A stretch of DNA of 64,000 nt from Raillietiella orientalis. Its lineage: Eukaryota. Shown in pieces: positions 1 through 11,600 of this stretch. Each line of letters opens with the position of its first letter. The first letter of the stretch is position 1. The stretch spans positions 248,001 to 312,000 of the forward strand of contig JAYWIR010000015.1 in assembly GCA_036172245.1 (NCBI GenBank), given 5' to 3'. Position numbers and translations under genes: made by a program. Below the pieces are notes generated by a model. It searched no databases. It saw only the letters and a program-made list of their open reading frames with translations, and was not told the origin of the DNA.

Positions 1-756
1 CGCGTTGGTAGGCCGTCGCCTTTAGGGAAGTCTGGATCCCGCGGAGCGTCGGGATGGCGAGACTGCTTCAGAAAGGAAGAGGCCCACGGGGCGGAGGGAA
101 AGGACGAAGACGGCGCCATCTCCCGCGGTGGAGGCCGGTTCCGGAGAGAGGGCGTCTGGGAAGGCTCCATGGGGAGAGTAGCGCTCCACTTCAGGAGGGA
201 CGGCCGTCCCTCCTGGAACTTCCGTTCCCGCAGTTCGGGATCGCTCTCTCCCTCTACGTATAGCCGCCATGAATGATCGCCTTCGCCCTGCTTCCTCAGG
301 GAAATTGCCGGCGTCTTCGGCGCGCTCCAGAAGAGAGAGAGGGGTGAAGGTGGAAACAGAAACGCAGGTGCTGCTAAAAGCTAGCTTGGTGATGCGAGCG
401 AAGGTTGGGCAGAGAGGAGCGAACGTGATCCTTTTGAGAGGAAGAGCCGATGGCACCCGCAGGACAACATACGATCGCGCGCGCGCCTTGCGCTCTGCCC
501 AGAATGCGGCATCTTCCCGGTGAGGAACCGAGCCAGGATCCACCGCTTCCCTCCGCGAACACGGATCTTTTTCTTCACTTCCTCATTCCTCCATGAGGGA
601 GAGAGGAACTTTCGCCGTCCAGAAATTGACCGTGTCCTCGCGATCAGCTCATGGGAAGAGCTCAGTCATCGCTCTGCCGGCGGTTGCTTGTCCGAGCAAT
701 GACGCCCTGAGGTCTGCTGCCCTTCGCCCTTCCGCATTCTCGGGGTCCGCGTCTGC

Positions 757-1456
757 GGCCTTGCGGCTATGGTTTCGCTCGTGACACCAAGAGTAAAGGA
801 TTCGAATCCCCACGTGGAGGATCGACGCCGAGAGAAATGGGTGTATCGCTGGTTTCGAGCTCCCCCCGCTGGATGCCTCTGATTGACCTATCCGGGAGCA
901 GCATGGTGGAAGTCGGATACCCCGATCATATGGTCGGGATTGGAAGTTGACCCTCCAAATCAAGGAGCCAGTTTTCTTCGGAGTTCCCCTCCGGTTGTGA
1001 AAGTGCAGCCATTGCCCTCCCCTTCCCTTGGAGGGGGACCGTCCGTCGCTTGCCACAGAGATGGTGGATGTACACCCCTCCAGAGCGTGGAGAGCACTCT
1101 GCTCGCTTCGGGCAACGTCCTTCGAAGAAATTTGGAAGCGTCCCTTCGGGGTTCTCTTCAGAGGAGGAAACCAGGAGCGAATTCTTCCCGTTGGGTCCCT
1201 CCAGGAAAGAAATGAGGAGTGGTTCCCATCAAGGGTGACACCCTCGGGAAAATAAGGGAATGGTTTCCTTCGGGGTTCCCAAACGTAAGAGAGGGAAAGA
1301 ATCCTTCGTCCGGAGTGTTCCTGGATTCATAAGGTGGTCCCTCCAGGGTCACCCCTTAACTCTTGAAGAGTCACACGTACCTAGGGGTGGTGTGGGCAGT
1401 GTTAAAGAGTTTTGTGAGTCCTCCCTAAGGAAACCAACGTTTCTAAAGTACTTGGC
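757..1456 (+). mobile_element. tRNA-headed SINE-like element, copy 1
   Basis: Head carries B-box-like GGATTCGAATCCCC. Collinear with 7295-7962 (reverse) and 32950-33885; shared blocks with copy 2 include GGATCGACGCCGAGAGAAATGGGTG, CTCTTCAGAGGAG and TTAACTCTTGAAGAGTCACAC. Confidence 0.75.
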
Positions 1457-4149
1457 ATTGTCGGGGAGGGGAGTTTCCTTCTGCTTTTAGGCTTTTGACT
1501 TCCACTGTGGGCGCGTCCGGCTCCTCTTGTGGTCTTACCGACGCGTCTCGAAGGGCTCTTCCCAACGAACGTAGGCAGGCGCAACTGCTCCTGTCCTTGC
1601 GGCTGACACTCTGCCCCTGGTTTGATGGAGTCTAAAGACCTCAACAGTATAGAGGAGCTTCTGAAGAACGAGGATTCGTAATGGAGAACAGGCCAAAGCT
1701 GCTCGGAGCCCTCTGGGTTTCGAGGATTGGAGCATCCTTCTGGCCATCGAATGGTGCTCCCTCAAAGAGGGATCAGGCCCGAACAAATGGTGAGGAATAC
1801 TGGCAGAGGCTAATTGCCCCTTCAAAGTGCCGCGAACGAAGCCCGCAGCCATGGAAACTGTGATCCTTCGCCTTCCTGAGGAACAGACCCTCGCGGAAAC
1901 TTCCCGAAATGACTTTTGGTGCTTTCGTGACACTGAAAGTCATTTTGGGAACGGCGGCATTGCTTGCGTCCGAACTCCAGGCCCTGAGGAAACGTCGGCT
2001 AGCGATCTTTGAAGACGCCGCAACCCCGGAAAGCCGTCTTCAGTTGGTTTTCATCCTCACCTGCTGAGAACCTCCTGAAGACCGTGGATTTTCTCCACTT
2101 TTTGTGCATCAGGAGCTGCATCTGAAGTAGGGCCGTCTGCGGAAGGATCTCGCTTCGTGTGGAAGTCCTCAGGGTGTGTTAGTGTCTTTGAAGAACTCAA
2201 CTGGAGGTATCTTCTCTTAGACTTTCGTCCAGAGGAAGTGAGGCTACCCGAGAGCCAAAGCTCACTTCCGACCTCTGGTCCCGTTCTCACTCTCTTTCAG
2301 GAGCCTCCCTTTTTGGCGTACACGAGGCCTTTTGCTCTCGGCACTGTGAAATTCCTCAGGCGTCGTGGTCGATTCCTTCCTTCGGAGTTTGGCAGCGAGA
2401 GGGATAGCTGGAGTCTTGGACGCTCTGTGGGTCGAAGTGAAAGACTCGGATCGACTTCCTCCCTGTTTGGAACGAGGAAGCATTGCCTTTATTGTTTGCG
2501 CGGAGGCTGATCTTAGCCAAAAGGCCTGAGGGGCTTAGCCAGTAGCTTAGCCAAAAGGCTGAGCTACAAGCAGTGGCCGTGGTCCTGGTGCAGCCCTCAG
2601 GGTCTTCCCAGTTGTGAGGGCAGCAGTGGCACTGAATCGCTCTCCAGCTCCTCTGATTCGCAGCCTCGTGCCACTTGCCACGTTTTGCCGGTCGCCCGTC
2701 GTGACCGACGCAAGAGAGGAAGAGGAAGAGTACCTCTTTCCGAAGGCGTCCTCCTTCCCCGTGCCACTTCCACCATGCTGCTCCCGCGTGTCCGGGAAGA
2801 AGGTTTTGAACCGTGAGCGGAGCCTCGCAAGCGGAGCCACCGGAAATCCTGCAGCGATCGCAGCTGAGCCAGTTTGCGCTCCTTCGCTCGACCCCGAAAG
2901 CTTCCCTCAGCTGGTGCCCGATTCCCAGACGCTCCTCCGTCATGTCTTGCATGGAGCACTTGCTAATCGATTCCTAGGCGGAGTTTGGCAGCCTTTAAAA
3001 TCCGACATCGCTGCTCCAGATCGGCGCTAACTTACCTAAAGGTGCATCTAAGCGCGACCTTCCTTTCGAAGTGAATATCGGGGAATTCCTTTTTTGTGTA
3101 GGCCTTCCTCAGAGAAGAGGAGACAGGGGGAGACAGAGAGAGAAGACCAAAGAGTTTCTCTCTATATATTTGATGAGATGAAGACCTCCCAATTTTCCGC
3201 TGTCCGCAATGCCATTCACGTATTTTTATTTCAGCCACATTCGGCGGGTGTTTGCCAGCCAGAACGCCCGAGGCAACTTTCACTGGCTCTGCTTCTCCTC
3301 CGGTACGAAGTGCGAAGCGAGAAAATCTGACGAGCTTGACATGAGATGTCTCGAGGTCGGTGCATTCCTTCTTTGGCGATGAGGAGTGCCGCTCAAGGAA
3401 GAGCGGGCTAATAAACGTCATTACCTATCCGCGACAGCCTCCTTTAATCTTTAATTAATCTCCCTGAGAGCTGTGCCTTCAAGATGCTTCGAGCGGATAA
3501 GAGTTCAAGGAACGGTTCTTCTGATCTCTCCTATGTGCTCATGCAAATTTATGAAGAGACCATTGAAGAAAACACAAGATTTGATGTTCTCCTGGGTCAA
3601 GGGGAGCCTGCTTCTCATAATGAGATTAAGCACTATTCTCGTAGATGGATGGAAAGGAAAAGAGAGAAGGGGGGGAGGAGGGGGAGACGAAAACATCGAG
3701 GGAGCACGACAACTTTTATCAAGTGAAATCTTTGTTTGGAAGCTTGGGATTGAGAAGGCGCAAGAGCCGAACCGGGAAGGTATATCGTCGTTGGAAACAC
3801 TCATAGCGATGCTGTTCCCGAGAAGAGGGAACACTTAAATTACCCGTGATTCTGGCAGAAAAGACTCTATCAGCATTCATTAGTAGGCTCAGGACCGAAT
3901 TCATGATCATGTGCGATGATCAAAGTGTGCTTAATGTGTCATCAATTCTTCCGTTTTAATTAAACTGTCATTCCCAAATCAGCTGCGCGCAGCGATTCCA
4001 CGGGCATCTTCTGGTACGAATGAAAAGCATCCAGGGGGATAATCGGCAGAGCACTTTCTTGACTTCCGTAGAAAGAAGGAAAGGAGGGGAAAAAAGAAAA
4101 AAATGCTAATAAAATTGTTGTTTCCCTCGCTTCTTGAAAGACTAAGCTC

Positions 4150-4735
4150 TGTTTTTTCCTGCTAGGACGGTTCGGGAGGATTTCGCGACAGGAGGACGCG
4201 TTTCGTGCCAGGATCACGAACGCCCTCCGTGTGTGTGATGTACAACTCCTTCTGAGTGCAGCCAGTCCCTAACGGCAGGGTTCCGGGGCGTGCGGGCGTC
4301 CGGGAAAAGAATTCGCCTCGGTCGCAACGCCTCGGTGGTACGTGGTAAGGAGAAACGGACCGCCGACGGCACGCATCCACCCCCTGGAACCACTGGGTTC
4401 GGACTTGCGCGCGCGCCTGGAGACTTTTACGTGCTCCCGGAAGCATATGCGAATCGGTCGCGTGAGTGAAACCGGCTGCCAATAGGATTTGCCCTGCTCC
4501 ATGGTTAACGTCTCGGCACGAGAGCGAACCGCAACCTTCTGCCATATGCCGTTCGGCGTCGCCCTAGCGAGGAGGCTGAGTTCGTGCCTCGCTGCTGATG
4601 AGTGTGTCGAGAAACAAGAGCTTCCCTCTTTATGCTGTTGGCTCGAGAGGCTACCGACAGACCCAGACGAACGTTGCAGTGGATGATTGAATCTATGTGA
4701 TTGCTCACGTGATTGCTCACACACAGCTCGTTGCC
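4150..4735 (+). promoter_or_regulatory. Probable ephrin promoter / 5'UTR region
   Basis: GC- and CpG-rich sequence directly upstream of the first coding exon. Positional inference only; no transcription start identified. Confidence 0.35.
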
Positions 4736-4893
4736 ATGGGAGATGTGTGTTTGAGGATATGCGTCCTTCCTACCGTCTCTGGCTCTTGTATGGTGTGGAT
4801 TTCCGGTATCCTTATGTTTCTCATCCTGCTGGAGAGGAGTCTCGTGAGTGCGGTCCAGCTGAATGATATTTTCTGGAATTCCACTAACGCAAT
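4736..4893 (+). CDS. Ephrin: Ephrin coding exon 1 (signal peptide and start of receptor-binding domain)
   Basis: ATG in GCCATGG context. Translation is MGDVCLRICVLPTVSGSCMVWISGILMFLILLERSLVSA-VQLNDIFWNSTNA: a hydrophobic signal-like stretch, then the ephrin N-terminal motif (I/V)(F/Y)WNSxN. It ends at a perfect GTAAGT donor (4894) in phase 2, matching the acceptor at 61396. An alternative start is the ATG at 4790. Confidence 0.9.
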
Positions 4894-5493
4894 GTAAGTG
4901 TTCGTGTTTGTTGTTGTTGTTGTCTTGGATGGATCCCCGAGCACGTGTGCTGCATGCGTGCACACGCTAGACCGTGATCGTAGTCTGCAGGCGATTTTGC
5001 TGCCGATTTTTGCTTCATCGCCCGGGTCATAAAAAACGGGGTGGGGGGAAGAAGATGGGGTGGTTCGAACGTACCACTTTCCGTTCGTAGGAGAGGCGAT
5101 CTCTCGACCGGCAGAAGCGACGCCGCTCTTGCTGCTGCTGTCATCGTTTTGCTGTGGTGGACCCGCCGTGGAGGACGAAGCCGAAGGTCTCGCGGGATAG
5201 GCGACCCGGCGCTTCGCACCCGTGCAGGTCGAAGGCAGCTCTTAACGATCCGGGTGTAATGCTTGCAAGGCGAAAAAGGAAGGATGGGAGAACGGGCATC
5301 ACGACCGGCGGCGAGCTCCCGTGGGGTCTTCTTCTTCCTCCGGCAGCTCCGTGATTCATAGCGAAGCTTTCGGACAGCCGTCCACTTTCGCGCCTCTGCC
5401 GATTGCAGGCGAAGAGTCACGGAGAGCGCGCCTGCCCTTGAGGAAACCAAGCACTTGGAAACGGCTCCGCACGCCGAAAAGGATGGGCAGTGA

Positions 5494-5642
5494 TTGCGTT
5501 CGAAGCCTCGGGACCAGAACACACCTGCCGCTCGGCAAGCACACGATCGCCTCCGTAGCAGATTACCAAGTGCACACGAGCAGACGCGGCGCACGAATGC
5601 ACCGCGGTGGTCGTCAGCTTGCATGTTCCTAGGGCGTGTCCC
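5494..5642 (+). repeat. ~145-bp direct repeat, copy A
   Basis: Aligns with 8500-8639; shared core ACACGATCGCCTCCGTRGCAGRTTACCAAGTGCACRCGAGCA. Confidence 0.85.
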
Positions 5643-7294
5643 CCCGCGGTGTGCCTTCGAAAGACGTGCCGCTCCCGCTAAGCGTCGCTATGCAGCGGTT
5701 ACCGCGCCGTTTTGTTGTCCCCTCGCCGCATCGTTCTATCGGTGCGCAGCGTCCTGGGGATTTCACGTGCTGGCCTGCGTTCCTCCCGTTCCAGGTCTGC
5801 TCGTGTTTCGCCGGAGAACGAACTTCACGATCCGAGCTGGATGCAGGGCATCGCCGCATTCTTCGCGAAACCACTTAATAAGCCTCAACCTGTGATTACC
5901 GTGCTTCTAATCCATGCAATCACCGTTCCTGAATGGTAGTGGAAACGTATGTGATTATTGATAGAAAGGAGGAGGAAAAGACACATTTCCTCCCCTCATT
6001 CGTGATTGTCGGCAAACCGAGCTACAACTAATCTTAAGGTTGAAAATCCCTAGTAGACACTTTTTATCCGCAGCATCTCATATTTCTTTGCATCATGGGA
6101 TTGCAGTGGAGACTTCTTATTTAGAGGATGGCTGTCGTAAATAACCGCTTCCAGAGATGATGGAATGTTGACTCTTTATGTGCTCTACTGCCCGAAGGAC
6201 CGTTTTTTTTTTTTTTTTTTTCTTTCGTCCTAATGAATTTCGGCATTTTGGGTGTTCTCTTCGGTTCATCTTGTACGGGCGCAAAGATCGCCTTGCAGTT
6301 TCTCCACGTGGCTGTCACTGCTTCCTGGTCGAAGCGGTGGTTCTCAACTGCTCTGATTAGCACCATCGCGGCACAGTGAATTGTTTTGTCTCCCGTGCCG
6401 TTATGTTTTTAGTCGCGTTCTCTCCTGCATCGCAATTTTTCCCGTCTAAGATAAAGTTTCTCCTCCAAAACACACGCACACACACACACGACGCTCCGGA
6501 CTTGCTGGCACACCGCTGAACGCCCCTGAATTTGCTCTGGGGTTTGCCGACTGTAGTAAATTTCACCGCATCGTTTCTTCTTAGTTGCTCCTTCCAGAAA
6601 CCTTCCTTCCCAAGAAACTTGGTAAGAACGAGGCTCAGAATGAGGCTCTCCTCAGATTCCTTCGCGCCACGCTCAGCGGCTTATTTATTTCAGCTACAAT
6701 ATAGCACGAATATCTCATCCTCACTTCACTCATCCTGCTCTTAGTGACTCCTTTATTTTCCCCGCTGCGCATGCAGTAAACAACGACCGTTCCCGGGAGT
6801 GATTCTCCCCCCTTTCGCGGTACCAACGCTGGCCACAGATCAACGTCTCCTCCCCTCACTGCTTCCTCCGTGGAATTCCCGGGAACGGAGGAAGCAAGAA
6901 GACCGACCTGCTTCTCATTGCCGTCACGGTTTGAACGGCGTCGTTGCGGGTGCCCCAGGATTTCGCTCGCGACCCCGCATGCTTGCTTGTTCGGCATCTC
7001 CACGCTTTCCCTGAAACGGGCTCGAGTGGGGGACACGTGTTCCCACGCACACGCGAGTCCCTGTCCACCTGCTACGAAGGGAAATTCCTCTCTGCGCTGC
7101 TCCCTCGTGGCAGCGCTTCTCCCGCGAAGTTGCTTCGCTGCAGAAGGTGCTGGCAATACCTGCGGGGATTTGTCTTCAGCTATTTTGGTAGCATTGACTC
7201 CGACCTTTCTCATCCGCTTCGCGAGAACACATCTGGAGCTCTCGAATATTACGCGAGTCCCATGGATCCGCTTCAGCTGTTCCGGCTGAGGGAG

Positions 7295-7962
7295 CTTTTC
7301 TCTTTTTGGTTCCCAAAGTGCCGAAGACCCGTTCGCCTTCTTACAGGGAGCCCGCGGAGCTCTTTGACACTTCCCACTCCACCCGAGGGGAGGTGTGACT
7401 CTTCAAGAGTTAAGCGGTGACCCCGGAGGGACCACCCTATGAATCCAGGAAGGTTCCGCAAGAAGTTCTTCTCTCTCTTACGTTTGGGAGGGAACCCCGA
7501 AGGGAACCACTTCCTTGTTTTCTCGAGAGTGGTATCTCTGATGGGGACCGCTCCTGGTTTTCTCCTCTGAAGAGAACCTCGAGGGGACGCTTGCCAATTT
7601 CTCTGAAGGGCGCTCCCCGAAGGGAGCAGCGCTCTTCTTTCACTCTGAAGAGGCAACCCTTTGAGGTACCAGCTCCATAGTAGTGGTTCCGTCTTCACAA
7701 CCGGTGGAGAATCCCGAAGGGAACCGGCGCTCTTTGATTCCTGGAAGGACCCTGGAGGGTCAGCTTCCAGTCCCGTCTAGTAAACGGGGGCATCTGAGAG
7801 TTTCCGCCTTCCACCAGCGCCGCATCCAATCAGCGTTATCCTGCAGGGGGTGGGGGACTCAAAACCCACGACGCACCCATTTCTCTCGGCGTCGATCCTT
7901 CAAGTGCGGATTCGAACCCGCAACACTTGGTACGACGCGAGGAGACCGCAGCCACGCGCCCG
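7295..7962 (-). mobile_element. tRNA-headed SINE-like element, copy 2
   Basis: The minus strand reads GGCGCGTGGCTGCGGT...TTGCGGGTTCGAATCCGC (A-box-like plus canonical Pol III B box). Body is collinear with copies 1 and 3 and ends GAACCAAAAAGAGAAAAG (A-rich tail). Confidence 0.8.
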
Positions 7963-8499
7963 CCAACGCACGAATCTTTTTCTTTCGGACTGTTGGAAGG
8001 CTCGCCATGTCTCCCCTCTCCCGATGCTCCGGTGCAATCGATGCGCGCTCTGTCTCTCTGTGGCCCCTTGAGCGTTTCCTGCAAGCGTTTTGCTCCAGAG
8101 ATCGTATTCTTCCTCATCTACAGAGACGCAGCATCCCTTCCTGAGACGCTTCCTTGCGAGAGGCAGGTGAAGACCAGGAGACTGAAGGCTAGATGAATGC
8201 GTACACCTGCCTGAATTCATTCTTGTGGAGAGGCAGAATAAAACACCGTCTTCCCCCACGCTACCTCACCAGGTCCGCCTTCCCTGCTTGCATTTTCTTC
8301 CTGGGCGTAACACTGCTCTCTCTAGGGCACCGCGGGTTCTCTGGGGCAACCTGGCGGTGGTGCCTGTGTGCTGCAGGGGATGGGCGCGCTCTTGTGGCAC
8401 ACTCTGGAACGATTCCTGAGCACCAGCAAGGAGGAAGGTGTGCACGGTAATTGTGGCCCGCGGTCACCCCTCTGAGCAATCGCGCTTTGTTTCATCGGG

Positions 8500-8639
8500 T
8501 TGCGTTCGCAGCCTCAAGACCAAGTCACACCTGCGCCCGGCAAGACACGATCGCCTCCGTGGCAGGTTACCAAGTGCACGCGAGCACACGTGTCGCACGA
8601 ATGCATCGCATTAGCTCGCATATTCCTCGGGTGTGTCCC
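8500..8639 (+). repeat. ~145-bp direct repeat, copy B
   Basis: Aligns with 5494-5642 in the same orientation. Confidence 0.85.
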
Positions 8640-11600
8640 ACGAGAAAGAACAACGGCTACAGGAAACTTCAGTTCGTTTGCTCCGTCCAGCTAGTAGATC
8701 TGAGCTTTACGAATCCAGCGAGATGGTCCGAGATTTTCGAGAAGTCCTTTGCTTCTTCGTCCCCCCTCCTTCCGCGTCTCCTTTGGCGAGGTCTCGTGGA
8801 TGCTCCTGAAGGTTGGTTTAGCGCGTGGAACTGGGGGTCCACTGTCCAGTGCTGCTGCCGTTTCAGAGCTGCCCGCTGTCTCAAGCAGATCTGAAGATGG
8901 GCTACAGCAGATTCCTTCGAGAAATCCGTGCAGATGTTTTCTCCCCTTACAGTGCAGGGCTGTCCTCTTTGTCTGGCGCAGAACTCCCCTGTCTTTAACA
9001 CTTCGGTTCAGGAAGTTCGATTTATCCTTGGAAGGATGACGTCTCCATGTTACGCGAGAAGGATTAGACGTTTCGCGAGGGAGAGAGGAGAGAAAACAAA
9101 CCAGCTCTCGTTAGGAAACCACTTGAGTTTGCATCTCGCGGTGATCAATGGAGACAAGCGACTGGCACAGGTATTTCTCTTGCAACGTGGCGAAGGCGTT
9201 TCCTCGGAAACCGAAGAAGCGCTAACAAGCGATAAATTCTTCAAGCGGAGAGCAAGGTGTGCGGAACAAAAAATGTTCCGGCCTGCACAGTCGATAATTC
9301 CACCCTCGAATGACGTTCTCGATCTTCCCTTCTCGTTTTTTTCCCTCCCCCCCTCCCCTCCACCCTCTCTCTTTCTTTCCCCAGCGGTGACGCGGACGTA
9401 CAACCGAACCGTGTTCCTCTTTTGTGAGCTCACCCTGAAAGAGTGGCGGGAGGCGCGCGAGGAAGAAACCTTGCGGGAAAAGCGGGGGCATGTCATTCCT
9501 CAGCGCGCATTTTGATTAATCTTTCGTAGCCAGGATCAGAAAATTAGATGGTAAATTGTTGTTCCTGAGCTGCCGCAATGGCGCTGGAATTTTCGTGTTC
9601 CCCGAGAGTCCTTCGGCGTGAAAACGCGATTGTCGTTTGGAACTTTTCCTGAAGACATCCTCATTGAAAAAAAAAAAAAAGAAAAAGGCGAAATAAAGGC
9701 AGCGACAAGAAGCTCGTCATCACGATCGTACCCGTTTCCACGGAAACCCTAGGATCCTTTTACAGGAGAGCACTTAATGCCGAGCGAGTCTCCTGGATAC
9801 GCAAACTCCTCTCGCCGAAATTGAGTTTGCTATGGCGAGGGTGTTCTTAAGCAGGAAGAGTTTCCTGTCGTTTCTTCAATAAGAGCAAGCATTTAAGACG
9901 GCATCCTCTCGGTAACCAGGCGCTACTCACTAAATATCTGCGAATGGCGCGGCAGTAAAGTGCCATCGATCCTTAAAATTGGTGAGCATAGCTGGTCAGG
10001 ATGAAGGAAGGAAGGAGACAAAACGGTTCCAAGTGCCTGAGCAGATAGCTCACTACTCGGATGCGGATCCGGGATAGGCAGCTCGGAGCGACCGTCGCAA
10101 GAAGCACGGGTTCCGCTTCCCCCCTCCCTCCCGCCAGCTTGCCGGGAAGATGAGAGGAACAAGCGGTCGGAGCAAAACTGATCCGGGTAGAGGAGGACGG
10201 TCAATCCGGAATGGGATTGCACACGACGGTCGAACTCGCCGCCGCTGTTGAACACGCGGGCGCACGCACGCACGTACGGCAGCGTCGCCATCAACCCCTG
10301 CGCGGATTACCCGCGATCGGCGCAGATCAGTTTGCGCGAGGGAGTTGTCATCAGCACTATTCCAATAACAGTTTTCTTCTCCCTCCAGACGATTAGTTTC
10401 GGAGAATCTCGGCACACGTTTGTCTTTTCTGACATGTAATTCAGCATTCGAAACGCTTGAAAAACATCTCGTTGCTGTGACAGTGTAATTGGTGATGGTG
10501 CAGATTGTTCCTGCTTGCAATTTCTTGTTGAATAATTGGCTGGGGCGAAAACATCCGTCGTGGAAAGATGGTCTTGCGTACGATTGCGCAGCGGTGCTTG
10601 CCACACAAGGGGTGGACGCTGAACGAGTAGCAAGAGATGCTGCACGGCAGCGCTGCCTCCGTGTGCTCGTTGTTCTCACGCAGGCCGCGGAGCTGCAGAA
10701 CAGGGTGGGGACTGAGGCTGCATTCCGGAGCAATCTCGTTTGAAAAAGGAACGCGACACCACCGGGGGAAGGGATGTGGGGGGGGAAGTCCGGGATCCCT
10801 GGATTCGACTTTTCCTGCGCCACGAAAAGCAGCCTCTTCGCGGACGGACGCAGGCGAACTTGAACCGGTTAACTCTTGCAGACGAAACCAACCGGACTGC
10901 ACACACGATCCTCTGTGCATCAAGTTTTCTCTCAGTCTCGCATCTTGATCTCTGACCCTGGGGAATTTTTCCTCATGTGAGATCTTCACTTCCGTGATAA
11001 TCGGCATCGTAAACAAAGATTGCTTACAAATTACCAGCACCAGTGTTTTGCATAGCAAAGCGGTCGCGGAAGATGATAATCTCATTAGGCAAGGAACCGG
11101 CGAAATTGGTCGTTCGACGAACACGGAATCATCTCGACGACGGGATTACTTCTTTCGCCCCTTTGGGATGCAAGGGGTAACAGTGCACAGCATCGGCGCT
11201 CCCGAGCTGAGGTCTGTCTTCCGCTGTCTCTTTTCATACCGCTGATGCTCCTAATTCACAACCGAAGTTCAAACATCCACCACGGCCCAAAGCGAGGACA
11301 AAATTATGGCTGTCTTCATGGAGGGAAACTTCGAGTGGAATGCGTATCGATCCACATCAGCCAGAGTGGATGCGTTCCAGGCTGATTTGCTGTGCTAAAA
11401 TTTGATAAGTGTTGTGGAAAGTTCGAGAATTCTCTCCTATCACGAAGGAGATGAGAGAGCTCGCGATTCGCATTTTTCCTTTTCTCCCCTCCCCCCCCCC
11501 CCTTTCCCAAATTGCAAAGCTGTTTTCATTCCATCCCAAGGAATCTTGTGGACTGCAATCCATTTCCTCGGCAGCAAGAAACGCTTTTGTAGTTTCCGTC

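Noticed and set aside
2512..2560. CTTAGCCA(AAAGGC) repeats as a CRISPR-like array
   Set aside because: Only 2-3 short units with tiny spacers in a eukaryotic context; a simple local duplication.
3032..3910. Minus-strand ORFs and splice-like sites upstream of ephrin
   Set aside because: The candidate exon at 3425-3463 has stops in all three frames, another lacks a YAG acceptor, and I recognise no protein similarity.
4588..4640. Hammerhead-like CTGATGAG...GAAA
   Set aside because: Stems I and II cannot form.
10300..10560. OB-fold-like peptide on the minus strand (KKLQAGTICTITNYTV; TVIGIV)
   Set aside because: The motifs fall in different frames and there is no supporting exon structure.
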